Below are positions 24,865 to 37,212 of a stretch of DNA of 64,000 nt, one piece after another. Both the position numbers and the translations under genes were made by a program. Within the stretch, counting starts at the first letter, position 1; every line of letters starts with the position of its first letter. The notes below the pieces were generated by a model. That model did no database searches, was not told where the DNA came from, and saw only the letters and a list, made by a program, of their open reading frames with translations. This DNA comes from Vicugna vicugna (lineage: Eukaryota), in NCBI GenBank assembly GCA_013265495.1, contig MU058781.1:6104522-6168521 (forward strand), read 5' to 3'.

Positions 24865-25490
24865 AGGCGCACTCCTAGGCTACCTCCCTGAACCTCAGAG
24901 GCAAGGAAGCTGAAAACTACATTTCTCAGACGCCTTTGTATTCAAGATTCAGGACGAGAAACTGGTTCTGACAAGTAGGTGAACTTTTACTAGATCTGAA
25001 AGGCTACGTTGTGGTAGGGGCCATATTCCTTTACCTTTGGCTGTTTTCAAGTGGCAGAAAGGGCTGTGAGGACGCAAAATATCTGCACAGCGATATTCCA
25101 TGTCTGTTCTCCTGGGTACTGAGAGAGCTGTGTGTACATGCAGAAGGAGTGGGATGGGGTGAGGCATGGCTGGTCTGTGTTCCAGATCCCATTCTCCAGT
25201 TTTGCAAGAATCAAGAGACAATCTCCATAATAGCCGAGTCCTGGCCACTTCCAGACTCTAGCTTCCTGATTCCTGTACAGCAGCTGTTAGAGTGAGCTCT
25301 TGGACTGCACAGATCCACTGGGCCTAGTTCCCCGGTGGTCAGTTCTGTAATGCTAAAGGAGTCCGTCCCAAGGGCCACTGAGAGTGAACTCTCGAAACCT
25401 TCCACAATTTTTTTATGCATCTCGTTCATCTCATCCATCTTTTTCCCCAATAAAATAAGTGGTTTCTCTTTCCTGAATTGAACACGTGTA
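24865..25490 (+). mobile_element. ERVL-type solo LTR (LTR33/LTR16-like)
   Basis: 'ggaagctgaaaactacatttctcagac' motif, internal 'ccagcttcctgatt'-like segment, and AATAAA at about 25449 followed by 'gtttctctttcctgaattgaac'. Confidence 0.6.
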
Positions 25491-25959
25491 ACGCCTTACC
25501 TGCGATCATTTCACTCTTTCAACGAACTTCCTTTCATTCTGAGTATTCAATTTCTTACAGGGAGAATCACATTTTTATTTCTCTCATCTGCCTCCCACAA
25601 TTGCTACCCAGAGTGCTTCACTCAGAGTGGGAGCTAGGAAAGCAGTTCGATTAATGTGTGTTTGGCATTCACTGAGAACTTGCTCAATGAATAAAATCTT
25701 GGAAGAAGGAATGGAAAAAAAAAAAAGAGAGAGAGAGACCGCCCCACCCCAGCTCTCCCTCTTCCTCAGTGTGTTGTAGAACCTGGTTCTGCCCATCTGA
25801 TTCAGAAGAAAGAAATTGCTTCCAGTGGGAAAGTGTTGTGAGACTTCCTTACTAATGGGCTCAATCATACGCCCCGTTCCAGGCAAACAGCCATGTGAAA
25901 TGTCCAGAACACACTCTCTCCCCAGGATAGTATCAATCAGGCTTTTGGCTCTAGGTAGC

Positions 25960-26903
25960 TGTACACTGATGACTCCCAGGTTTGCGTCCCCAGGCCTGGC
26001 CATGCTCCTGGACTCCAAACTTGTATATACAAACACCTATCTGACATCTCCACTTGGATATTTGATATTCATATTACATGTAACATGTGCAAAACCAAAC
26101 TCTTCTCCTAACCCAGCCTGCATCTTCGTAAATGCCAACATCATCCACTCATGTCCCAAACAACTAGAAATAATGATTCATGTCTCCCTTTCCCTCAGCC
26201 TCCCCTGTCAGACTATCAGCTATCCTCTGTTCTAACTCAAAAAGCTCTAAAATCCATCCAACTCACTCCATCTCTGCTGCTTCCATCTTGCTTTCTCTCT
26301 TTCTCCCACATTTTCAAACAAAAATTGGATCAGGTCCCTACTCATTTTAGATCTGATCTACAGCATCTCTTCAGAATAAAATCAACACTCTTTAATCCCA
26401 TGAACGAAGCTTCACATGATGAGGCCATCGCCCAGCTCTCCAAACTCATCCTGCCCCCTTCTTCCCTCATTTTTCCTGCTCCAGCTCCAGGTCTTTCATT
26501 CTCTGATTTCCCAAGCTCTTTACTACCTAGGGACCTTGGCAGTTGCTAATCTTATCCCTACTATGGCTCTTTGTATGTCTAGTTCTTTTCCTCTTTTAGA
26601 ATGTGGCTCACATGTCATTTTTCAGATGTGTTTTGCTTGATCAGCCCATCGTACGCAAACCTCTGAGTCATTCGCCATCCTAACCCCCTGTTAATTTCCC
26701 TTAGCACTCACTGGTATCTCAACTACCTTGTTTGCTTCTTGGTTTTCTTGTTTACTGCCTCTGCCTCCCTTCCTCCACTAGAATGGAACCCTTATTAGGG
26801 CAGGACCATGTATTTGTCTCACTGCTGCCTCTCAGCACCTGAAACAGAGGTTGGCACATTGCAGGTCTGCAGGAAATAGTTGTTGAATGGATGAATAGTT
26901 GAA
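25960..26903 (+). mobile_element. L2 LINE 3' portion
   Basis: 'ctgatgactccca...gacatctccacttggat...aacatgtgcaaaaccaaactc' through 'agggcaggacc...gcacctgaaacagaggttggcaca...tgttgaatggatgaat'. Confidence 0.88.
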
Positions 26904-26914
26904 TGTGTTCTTAT

Positions 26915-29085
26915 CCAGGTTATTCCATTGTGGCAAAATACGTATCACATACATTTTTACCATCTGAACCATTTTTAAGTGTTCTGTTTAGTGGCATTAA
27001 GTACATTCACTGTTGTGGAATCATCACCACCATCCATCTCCAGGGCTTCTCAGTTTGCAAAATGGAAACTCTCTGCCTGGAATGGAAACAATAACTTCCT
27101 GTTCTTCCCTGCCTCCAACCCCTGGTAACCACCATTCTGCTTTCTTTTGCTATGAATGTGACTAAGGCACAGTCCTTTTGTGACTGGTTTATTTCACTTA
27201 GCATGATGTTCTCAAGATTCATCCATGTGTTACCATATCCTTCTTTTTAAAGGCTGAATAATATTCCATTGTATGTGTACACCACATTTTGCTTATCCAT
27301 TCATCCATCTATGGATACTTGGGTTGTTTCCACCTGTTGGTTATTACGAGTAATGCTGCTATGAACACGTGTGTGCAAATATCTCTTTAAAACACTGCTT
27401 TCAATTCTATTGGGTATACATATCCAGAAATGTTATTGCAGGGTCATATGATAATTCAACTGTTAACTTTTTGAGCAATTGCTATACTGTTTTCCATAGT
27501 AGCTGCATCATTTTACAATCTTGCTAACAGTGCACAAGGGTTCCAATTCCTCCACAATCTTGCCAACACTTGTTATTTTCTGTTGTGTTTTGTTTTTTAT
27601 AGTAGCCATCCTAATGGGTGGGAGGTGGTATCTCATCGTAGTTTTGATTTGCAGTTCCCTAATGATTAGTGATGTTAAGCATCTCCCCATGTGCTTTTTG
27701 GCCACATGTCTTTTCCGGAGAAATGTCTGATCAAGTCCTTTGCCCATTTTTAAATTGGGGTTGCCATTGAGTTGTAGGGGTTCTTTATATATTCCGGATA
27801 CTAAACCTGTACCAGATACGTAATTTGCAAATATTTTCTCCCATTCTGTGGATTTCCTTTTCATTCAGTGGGTTGTACCCTTTGATGCACAGAGTTTTTA
27901 ATTTTGGTGCAGTCCAGTTTATCTATTTTTTGTTGTTGTTGCCTGAGCTTTTGGTATCACATCCCCAAAAAATCACTGCTATATCCAATGTTGTAAAGAT
28001 TTTTCCCTATATTATCTTCTAAGAGCTTTAGAGTTTTAGCTCTTATGCTTAGATCTTTGATCTATTTTGAATTATTTTGTATACGGTATAAGATAAGGAT
28101 CTGGTTTCATTTTTTAGCATGTGGATATCCAGTTTTCCCAGGACCATTTTTTTGGAAAAGACTGCCCTTTGCCCAATGAATGGTCTTGACATTTGACAAA
28201 AAACATTTGTCCATGTATATGACAGTTTATTCTACTTCACTAGTCTGCATGTCTGTCTTTATGCCAGTATAACACTGCTTTGATTACCTTGGCTTTGTAG
28301 TAATTTTGGAAGCAGAAAATGTGAGGTCTTCAACATTTTCCTTTTTCAAGATTATCTTAGTTATTTAGGGTCCCTTGAGATTCCATTTGTATTTTAGAAT
28401 AGATTTTTCTATTTCTTCATACACACACACAAAAAGTCATTAGGGTTTTGATAGGGATTGCACTGAACCTGTAAACCACTTTGGGTGGTACTGACTCCAT
28501 GACAGTGTTGTCTGCTGTTGAATTCCATTTCTTAGTATTAAGAGTTTTTCTCATCAATATTCATCAGGATCTGTAGTTTGCTTTTCTTGTAGTGTCTTTG
28601 TCTGGCTCTAGTATTAGGGTAATGCTGCCCTCCTAAAATGAGCTTGGGAGTGTTCCCTCCTCCCCAATTTTTGGAAGAGTTGGAGGAGGATTGATGTAAT
28701 TCTTCTTTAAATGTTTGGTAGAATTTGCCAAAGGAGCCATCTGGTCCCGGGCTTTTCTGTATTGGGAGGCTTTTGACTACTGATTAAATCTCCTTACTTG
28801 TTACAGGTCTGTTCAGATTTTCTGTTCCTTCATGATTGAGTCTTGATAGGTTGTCTTTCTAGGAATTTGTCCATTTCACATAGGTTATTCAATTTCTCAG
28901 CATACAAATGGTCACAGTATTCTCTTACAATCCTTTTTATTTCTGTAAAATTGGTAGTCATGACCCCTCTTCCATTTCTGTAGTTATCTGAGTCCTCTCT
29001 CTTTTTCTCCCCTTAGTCAATCTAGCTAAAGGTTTGCCAATTTTGTTGATCTTTTTGAAGAACCAGTTCTTGGTTTTGCTCTTAT
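26915..29085 (-). mobile_element. L1MB-type element: 3' UTR plus ORF2, with an internal deletion near 28515
   Basis: ORF 27508..27864(-) 'EWEKIFANY...[21 protein letters not shown]' and ORF 27007..27222 'MNLENIMLSEINQSQKD' are ORF2p C-terminal motifs. Confidence 0.93.
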
Positions 29086-29329
29086 CCAAGTTTTTTTTAG
29101 ATCTTCTATTTAAAGGGAGGGGAGATGAAAAGAAAATTAATACCCTTAAGATAATTATAAACTTGACTGTGTAGGAAAGGAGAGACTTGTTGAACTGAAA
29201 GTGACATCGTCACTGCTTAGGTAAGAAATTGGAGAAGTTTTTTTTGGCATTTTTCATTCCAAACACAGCCAAGCCTGCAAAAGAGGGGCTTTATTGTGTA
29301 CTTTGTGCAAAATAGATAACTGTTTTTAA

Positions 29330-29530
29330 AAAGCTTATATTTCCATATGTGCTTACTATGTGCCAGGCACAATTCTAAAGAACTTTACATATATTAACTC
29401 ATTTAATCCTCAGGGTAACCCAATGAGGAAGATATTACTATTAGTCCCATTTTACAGATGAGAAAATTGAGGCAGTAAATATCAGAACTGTGATTCCTGC
29501 TTAGAGAGTCTAGCTTCAGAGATGCTCTAC
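29330..29530 (-). mobile_element. MIR SINE
   Basis: 'gtgcttactatgtgccaggcac...ctcatttaatcctca...cccattttacagatgagaaaattgaggca'. Confidence 0.9.
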
Positions 29531-30139
29531 TACTAATAAGTACATCCTTTTGATAGATGAAGTAGATACACAATTTGGTCTTAAGTTTGCCAGTAGGTCT
29601 GAATGCTATTTAGAAGCTAACAATGAGATGGCCTTGAAACATGTTATCCTAGCCCAGAAAGCTTGAGCTTAGGGCTTTGGGGTCCAGACCTTCCCTATTT
29701 CAAGCTTTCTTCCCAGCGTCTGGACATCCGTTTGAATCTCTGTGGTGAATTTATTACCTGCCAAGCCTCTACAATCATTGACTCAACCGGTGTCAGCATG
29801 GTGGTCCGCAATGCTAATGTGACACCATGCTGGGCAGTTGGGCATGCATGGTTAGTGTCACCTTAGGTACCTACACTTCCTCCCCTCCCACCTGTCCCAT
29901 TTTCAGACCTACTGTGTTCCCTTCATATTGTTGCTGTGGTCTCATCAAATCTCTCAAATAAAACCTGACTGTTGCCTTTGCTTCAAGGCTGAGCAATTTG
30001 ATAGGGCCTGTTTTAAAAGGTCATTCTTGTTATTCACAGAGAACAATCGTCGCCAAAGCAAAACAGAGTCCAAGCATCCATACCCTGGTCAGAAACTTCC
30101 TGGGAATCCGGGGAGAGGAGGGTGGATGGAAACCTACCT

Positions 30140-31110
30140 TGACACAACGCTGGACCACGGACCTGACGCGATAATCTGTAGATACACACACACACATGCG
30201 CACTCGTCACAGATTTCTTCTCCCTCCTGCTGGAACACTGAGTCAGGCAAAATATTTAGAGCCTGAGCTGGGACGCTGCTAGTGAAGTAGAGATTTCAGG
30301 TGAAGAGTCAATGTGCAGAGCGGGTGCAGTGACCTTTCGTATTTGCAGTGTTTTCATTCTGCAGCGTGCACGGCAGGGACCCTGAAGAGGCTCTGATGGC
30401 CCGAGGCTGTGTTGGAGAGGAAATAAATGAGCCTGCCCTACTTCCAGAGACGCTGGGTAATCTGCGCGCGGCACGGAACCTGGGCAGGGCAGGATGTGTG
30501 TAGCCGAGCGGCCTCTAGTGCCCGAAAGTGGGAGCTGCATCGCCTGCTCCGACGGGCGGAGGGAGGCAGAGGGGATTCTGAGTTAACAAGCACAGGGGGT
30601 CTGTTGTGAAGATCCTGTTTGTCCAGCACCGTCCTGGGTTTTAGGAAGGATTCAAGGGAATTACAAGCAGGCAACCTTAAGGAGCTTATCCTCCGGCCCG
30701 GGGAAATCAAAAGAGCATATGGTTTCTCTCTTGACGTGGTGCCCTAGGAGTTTCTGAGAAGGGAGAGAGCTCCATGGACCAGAGCCACGGACCAGAACGA
30801 GTAGACTTTAGATGAAGAGAGGGAGGGAAAAGCAAGCCAGCAGGAAGAAACACCTTGACGACGTAGAGCGGTGATTTTTAATGAAAATACCTAACAGTCG
30901 GTGGTGCTGGGATAACTGACAGCTAAGCCCGAGAGCAGCCAATCCAGCTCTCCCGGGCTCTTGGAAGAGGAGCCCTCATAGGTCTCCACTGAGGAAAACC
31001 GCCTCCCCACCCAGCCTGGGCAGCTCTTTCAGTAAGAAGCCCCAAAATTGTTCTTTCTGCCCCGATGTAGGGGGGATGATAAGCCTGTGACCACGTGATC
31101 AGGAGCTGCT
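30140..31110. promoter_or_regulatory. Candidate CpG-retaining promoter/insulator region
   Basis: Local CpG excess; CTCF-like motif 30507-30525, GC box 30554-30561, CCAAT box 30937-30945, E-box CACGTG 31092-31097. Motif evidence only. Confidence 0.45.
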
Positions 31111-31134
31111 AACTCAAAACACTACCCCGGCCAA

Positions 31135-31465
31135 ATGGTTAAGGCAAATGCCTGAAACAGACAGGGTGGGGGATTCTGGCGTTTCAGGGATGTCAGCTCT
31201 CGTCTTACATTTGGCTGTGACATTTAGCCAGCCTAGAGTCATGAAGGCGGCTGGAAGAGGTGGCCGCTTCCTACCATGGGCAGCAGTGACTCAGCCCTGG
31301 CCAGTTGCTACCGTCAGGAATGCAGGCTCACGGGCCAAATATTTCAAGCCGGCTCGAGAAGCACAGTATCTGAAATTTTATGTGACATTGTTTCATGTTT
31401 AAACGCTGGGTCAACTTTTTAAAACATTGTACAAATCAAACAAAATATTTGGCCTGCACGGTGTC
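31135..31465 (+). mobile_element. MER102-like hAT element
   Basis: 'gggcagcagtgactcagccctggccagttgctacc..ggaatgcaggc...gagaagc...ttttatgtga...caaacaaaatat'. Confidence 0.7.
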
Positions 31466-31730
31466 CCCTTATGAATTGGGGTTCAGATTAATCAGAGTTG
31501 TTCTGAAAAATGTTTTAAGACATTGAATTAAAGAGATAAGTTTTACTATAATTCTTATGATTTGGGAGAAAGCTATAGATTTGGAAGGTACTTCAATTTT
31601 TTTTTTTTTTGGTGAGCATGAAGAATCTTCTCTGATGGGAGCTTTGGAAAGAGCTTGGGCTGAGTTCCAGAAGCCCTCTATTCCTGTCTCCCTGCCCCTC
31701 ATTACCAAGTCGAGTTCACCTCTCTAAGCT

Positions 31731-32139
31731 TGTTTTCTTTTTATAAAAATTGACATATAATTGACACATAACATTATACATATTAGTTTCAAGTGTACAA
31801 CATAGATTCGCTATTTGTTTTTACCGCAAAGTGGTCACCACCGTAGGTCTAGTTAACATCCCTCACCGTGCAGAATCACAACGTTTTTTTCTCATGATGA
31901 GAACTTTTAAGATTTACTCTCTTGGCAACTTTCAAATGTATAACGTGGTACTGTCACCGTACTATACATTACATCCTTGTGACTTATGTTGTAACTATAA
32001 GTTTGTACCTTTTGACCACCTTCACCCATTTTGCAAAACCCCTAAACCCCACCTCTGTAAACCACCGGTCTATTTTCTATATCTATGAGATCAAGCTTTT
32101 TATTTTTCAAAGACTCCACATGTATGTGAGATCATATAT
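31731..32139 (-). mobile_element. L1 3' end (L1MA9-related, laurasiatherian), inserted into a MIR
   Basis: 'gtctagttaacatcc...gatgagaacttttaagatttactctcttggcaactttcaaat...gtttgtaccttttgaccaccttcaccc'. MIR halves 'cacctctctaagc' and 'ctcagttttt...taaaatagg' flank it. Confidence 0.88.
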
Positions 32140-32364
32140 AAGCCTCAGTTTTTTTCTCAGTAAAATAGGCAATCGAATGAGAGATCCCTTTGGCTCTATA
32201 GTCTATGATTCCCAAAGCACCACCTAGATCTAAAATTCTATGATTCCTATTCCAGTCTGAAAGAGGCTGTGTTTTCCAGCTGACCTCACCCTACAGAAAG
32301 CTCAGAGTTTCATTCTGTGTGCTAGGCTTCAGCCATCGTTCAAGGGAGGCAGTGAGGTGAAGCA

Positions 32365-32535
32365 AAACCATTGTCAACCTTGGCCACACATTAGCATGAA
32401 CTGGAGAGTTTTACCACAAACCCAATGCCAGGCCCCATTCAAATTGAAGGGGACTCTGGGGATGGGTCCAGGCATAAGGATGTTTTCTTGGGTCCTCGGG
32501 TGATTTTAATGTGCAGCCAAGATTCAGAGCGATGG
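32365..32535. mobile_element. MER5B hAT element
   Basis: 'tcaaccttggccacacattag...aatgccaggcccca...ggtgattttaatgtgcagccaag'. Confidence 0.8.
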
Positions 32536-32854
32536 GGGTAGGAAGAAGTAGACTTGCAAGCTAGGCTCTGAAATCTGACAAAGCTCAGCCAGAGGCAAGC
32601 CACATTGCAGACTGAGGCAAAAGGAAAAAATGTGACCTCTACATATACTCATCAAAACACACTCCCCTAGTTTAAACACAAGGGGAAAAGTTAATAAAAC
32701 CTCTACAATCAAATCAAGACTATATGGAAAGTCTGTGCTGTCCAGTCTGTTTGGGCACCATTGTCCATCACCCTCGGCCATCAACCCAGTGGGGACTCAC
32801 AGTCCTGCAGCCTTGGGACCCAGGAGCTGACTGGAAATGACGGATCCTGTTACA

Positions 32855-33072
32855 CAATAGTGCAGGGTCATAAAGCCAACCACTCACAGTCTGCCTATTT
32901 AAAATTATGATCATCTGTTCACTAGGGATATTTTTGCATTAATTCAGACTTTTTTTAAAAAAAAATATTGAATTTAAATACTATTTACCTTGATTACTGA
33001 GTTTTAGCCACCTCCCTCTCTCTTAAATTTTGTACCCCAGGAGAGCGTTTCACTCATTCTGTCCTATTCGCA
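32855..33072 (-). mobile_element. MER96B-like hAT element
   Basis: The reverse complement contains 'aaaatttaag...aaaactcagtaatcaaggtaaatagtattt...aattaatgcaaaaa'. Confidence 0.75.
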
Positions 33073-33074
33073 AT

Positions 33075-33245
33075 TTTGAACCTGGGTTCTGCTTGGGTGA
33101 GTTTCTTAACCAGTCTAAGCCTCACTTACTCGTGTGTAAGATGCAGTTAATGACAGCGCCTCCCTAACAATGCTGTGAAGTTTAAATGAGTGATGTGGTC
33201 AAGTGCCCAGCACAAAGTGGGAGGGAGCGCTCTAATACGCACTGA
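33075..33245 (+). mobile_element. MIR SINE
   Basis: 'ttgggtgagtttcttaacc..tctaagcctca...tgtgaagtttaaatgagtga...agtgcccagcaca'. Confidence 0.75.
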
Positions 33246-33310
33246 TGTGGGCTGGCTGATATCACGTACAAAGGTTGCACAAGACCGTGGTTACTATGGT
33301 TCCAATTTTC

Positions 33311-34140
33311 TTTTTTTTTAATTGAAGTATAATTGATTTACAGTGTTGTGCAGTTTCTGGTGTACAGTATAGTGATTTAGTTATACATATGTATATTCTT
33401 TTCCATTGTAGGTTATTACAAGCTATTGAATATATTTCCCTGTGCTGTACAGTAAGACCTTGTTATTTATCTATTCTGTGTAGTTTGTATCTGCTAATCT
33501 CAAATTCCTAATTTATCCTTCACCCCATGCCTTTAATAAACAGATTTGTTTTCTGTTTATAAGTCTGCTTCTGTTTTATAAGTAAGTTCATTTGTGTCAT
33601 TTTTTTAGATTCCACATATAAGTGATATATCACTTGGTATTTGTCTTTGAGTTACTTCACTTAGTATAATCTCTAGGTCCATCCACGTTGCTGCAAATGA
33701 CATTATTTCACTCTTTTTTATGACTGAGTAGTATTCCATCATATATATTATATACATATAATACATATATATATAATGGAATAGTAATTATATATATCTC
33801 ACCACTTCTTTATCCAGTCATCTGTCAATGGACATTTAGGTTGCTTTCATGCCTTTTGGCTATTGTAAATAGTGCTGCTATGAGCATTGGGATGCGTGTA
33901 TCTTTTTGAATTGGAGTTTTCTCCAGATACATGTCCATGAGTGGGATTGCTGGATCCTATGGTAAGTCTATTTTTAGCATTTTAAGGAATCTCCATACTG
34001 TTTTCCATAGTGGCTGCACCAAATTACATTTCCACCAACAGTGTAAAGGGGTTCCCTTTTCTCCACACCCTCTCCAACACTTATCATTTGTAGACTTTTT
34101 AATGATAGCCATTCTGACCAGTGTGAGGTGATACCTCACT
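33311..34140 (-). mobile_element. L1 3' end (cetartiodactyl-type), relatively young
   Basis: ORF 33957..34139(-) '[53 protein letters not shown]' is the ORF2p Cys-rich domain. Poly(T) and 'aattgaagtataattgatttaca' mark the left end. Confidence 0.95.
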
Positions 34141-34234
34141 GCCGAATTGTCTTATTCCAAGAAAGCTGGCTTACCTGGTAGCTTGTCAGTTCTTGGGTAT
34201 AGGATTGGGGTTGTCTCAACACTGTAAACTCCAA

Positions 34235-34442
34235 CCAGGGGGTTCTAGATTAAAAATGTTCAAGCTCTTCCATAACATCCCAGGGATCCCCAAATGACCC
34301 ATTATTTACAGCTGAACAATGACTGTATCAATTGCCTGATGGGCATAATTACTTTAGTTTATATATTTGAATCTGTGCAAATGTTATTTTAATCAGTTTA
34401 AAGAAAGAGTTCCATAGATTTTAAAATGTTTGAGAATTACTC
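34235..34442. mobile_element. Degenerate hAT-Charlie-type MER element
   Basis: Termini 'caggggttct' and 'tttgagaattact' are typical of hAT-Charlie TIRs; family not resolved. Confidence 0.45.
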
Positions 34443-34445
34443 TTC

Positions 34446-34802
34446 TAGATCCTATTTCTCCAAATTTAATGTCTGTAAGAGTCAGCTGGGAGGGTCTTGT
34501 TAACATTCGGGTTCTGATTCAGCAGGTGGGGGGTGGGCCATGAGGTCCTGCATTTGTAACAAGCTCCCAAAGCGGGATTGGCTACATGGTTTGTGAGGCT
34601 CAATGCCAATGAAAATACAGCACCTCTTGTTCAAAAGTGGACGATTTCAAGATGGTGACAGTAAAGTATTAAACCACGTGCAGAGTCCTTCATCTAAGCA
34701 TGAGGCCCTGGGCCACTGCACAGGCCACAGGCCCATGAAGCCCACCATGCTCCCAGGTGACAACAGTACTGCTGGCCCAGGGCCATACTCTGTGTAGCAA
34801 GG
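34446..34802. mobile_element. MER5A split by a MER45A insertion
   Basis: 'ttctgattcagcaggt...ctgcatttgtaacaagctccca' resumes after 34749 as 'ctcccaggtga...tgctggcccaggg...gtagcaagg'. Confidence 0.85.
34573..34749 (-). mobile_element. MER45A hAT element
   Basis: 'ggctaca...aatgaaaat...cttgttcaaaa...atttcaagatggtgacag...attaaacca...actgcacagg...cccatgaagcc'; imperfect TSD ctcccaaag / ctcccagg. Confidence 0.85.
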
Positions 34803-34809
34803 GTCTAAT

Positions 34810-34985
34810 CAGCGGTGTCCAGTGGAACTTACTGTGACAATGGCAATGTTGTGTGTGTGCACTACTCAGTACAGCAGCCACTTTGCCACATGCGGTGGTT
34901 GAGAACTTGACCTGTGTCTAGTGTGACTAAAATGAAAGTTTTATTGAATTTTAATTAAATTTAAGTAGCCCCATGCATCTAGTCT
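34810..34985. mobile_element. MER3-like hAT element
   Basis: 'cagcggtgtccagtggaactt...agccact..ccacatgcgg...ctagtgtgact...ttttaattaaatttaagtagcc'. Confidence 0.8.
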
Positions 34986-36195
34986 TCCAGCCAAGGGAAG
35001 TCAGACCCGATCTTTTTCTTTATGCTGTAACAGATCTCGTTATTACTGCTCTTTAATCTGACAGGTAATGCCAGTCCAATATTCTCATGGAAGGGACCTG
35101 GGCCTTTTGATCTGGGAAATAATCATTGTTTTTACATTTAAAAAGTTTTTCTACTTCCTTTACTGTGGAAAATATTGGCAATTCAGATGTTAAAAGTTTC
35201 TTGTCTGCTTTCGTAGGAAATGATTGACAGCCTTTTAGTGCTGTCTGGGTCTTTAAAAACTTAAGTGACTGACACTCTTCAAGCAGAACACACTTTCCTG
35301 CAGCCTTGGAATGTGACTTATGTCCCTGATGTGAGGATGGTTTTCAGGTGTTTGGGTTGCTCCTCGGGCTGTTAACCCTCTGTGGTCACACATCTTCTAT
35401 CTGGTAACTAGACCGAGCCTGGGAATACAGACAGAACTCACACGAGTGCCACCAGCCCTGCCGGTACGAACCAAGGAGGCACTTCAATTCTGGAGGGTTT
35501 TTTTTTTAATTTGGGCTAAGTGAAATCTTCAAGTTGCTAAATTGCTAATCTCCAGAGAGGTTTTCTGGTTTCCAAACTCTGTTCAAGACTTTAAACTTTC
35601 TTTTTGAAAAAGGATTATTTGGGCATTCAATGAGAAAGAGAGAGAGGGGGAGGGAGCTCAAATCTAACTTTTTGAGTCAAAGAAATGGAAGTAAGAAGAT
35701 GCCACCACAAGGTTGGGAGATTAGGAAGTAAAGAAGGGATGTGAGAAGGGGCTCATTTAAGAATAACCGCCAGAAACCAAAGCTCCATCCAAAAGCAATT
35801 TACAAGTATCAGGGAAAAAACAGCCCTTGGTTTCTGTGACTGTTTTTCCTTTGGATCTGTAGTTAGTACATGGCTCTTGACATCAAAGCACAAAAAGCAC
35901 AGGAGGGATTAAACGTTCTCCAAATGGGTCACTGCTTGGCAACCCCCAGATACACTGTTTAGAAACCTAATACCTCAAAACAGACCCGGGAATCTATAAG
36001 AAGTTAGTACCTGATAGAGTGACAGTGGAAGAAAAGGTAGTGTTATCCAAAAGTGTTAAGTCAACTGGCCAAACATTTGGGGAAAATAAATATTACTCAA
36101 TACTCATCCTCCACAACAAAATAAATCCCAGATGGATTAAATATTTATGTGCTAAAAATAAATAAAACCCCAAACTATGAAAGTGCCGATAGAAG

Positions 36196-37100
36196 AGTGG
36201 AATTTCAGGGTCAGGAGTACGTGTGGACTTAATCCGACCACAGTGTACTCTCCCACCGGCAGTGCAGGCGTTCCAGGGCTGCAAAGCCACACCTGTACCT
36301 GATGCCATCCAGTTTCTGGGTTTTGCCATTCTAGTAAGATAGACGTTTATTTTAAAATGCATTTAACGGCTTATTAATGAATTTGAACATCTCTTCAAAT
36401 ACTTTTTAGTTTTAGGGGTTCCCATTTTGATAACGTGCCGGCTTATACCCTTTGCCCAATTTCTATTGGGGTTCCCGTATTTTCTTGATTTGAGAAGGTT
36501 GCTTGTATATTCTAGATATGAATCCCTTGTTAATTTACACACTGCAAATACCATTTTCCTCTTTGTCATCTATTCATTTCATTAATGTTGGCCTTTGTTG
36601 CACAGAAGTCCTTCGTTTTGATGCAACGAAATCCATCCCACACGGACCCATAAGTGGATGCAGTATTGTTTGTGACGGAAAGCTGGAGGCAATTGGAGTG
36701 TCCAGTGTGGGGAGAACGGATTGGTGAAATGTCAGATGCACACCAAGGAGGGCTGAGCAGAAATTAGAAGCAATGGACCAAATGCACACAGAACATCAAA
36801 GATGGATCTTAAAAATGCAGTGAAACAAGTCAGAAGAGTAATGAGATATATAACACAATGTCATTAATGTCAATTATAATGTGAACATTATACAATACAG
36901 ATTTAGCAAAAACGCATGCAAATGAAAAAGATACATATTTAGGACCTTCGAAAGGCTTTATGAAGGATGGGGTTAGAATAGGAAGTGGGGATTAAAGGGA
37001 ATAAAATCAATGAGAGGAGCCTAAGAAGGATCAACCACTGATAATAACTTATGAAACGAGTCAGCTGCACCTGAGTCCCCCACATGCAATCACAAAAAAG
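36196..37100 (+). mobile_element. L1ME-type 3' end with inverted 5' segment (36196-~36632 antisense; ~36636-37100 sense)
   Basis: The antisense part encodes degenerate ORF2 ('KKYLKRCSNSLISR', 'PDPEIPL'). The sense part continues from 'gcagtattgtttgtg' to an A-rich end. Confidence 0.7.
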
Positions 37101-37212
37101 AACGGGTAAGTATTTGTATCATGTAGAGGTAAGAAAAGACTTCCTAAGCATGATGCTAAAGACAAAAACTGTAAAGGAATAGGATGTTATAGCTAATGAA
37201 ATAAAAATTTTT

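Noticed and set aside
24853..24873. CTCF-like CCACTAGAGGCGCAC
   Set aside because: The 3' half is out of register with the core motif, and it straddles the MER20/LTR junction.
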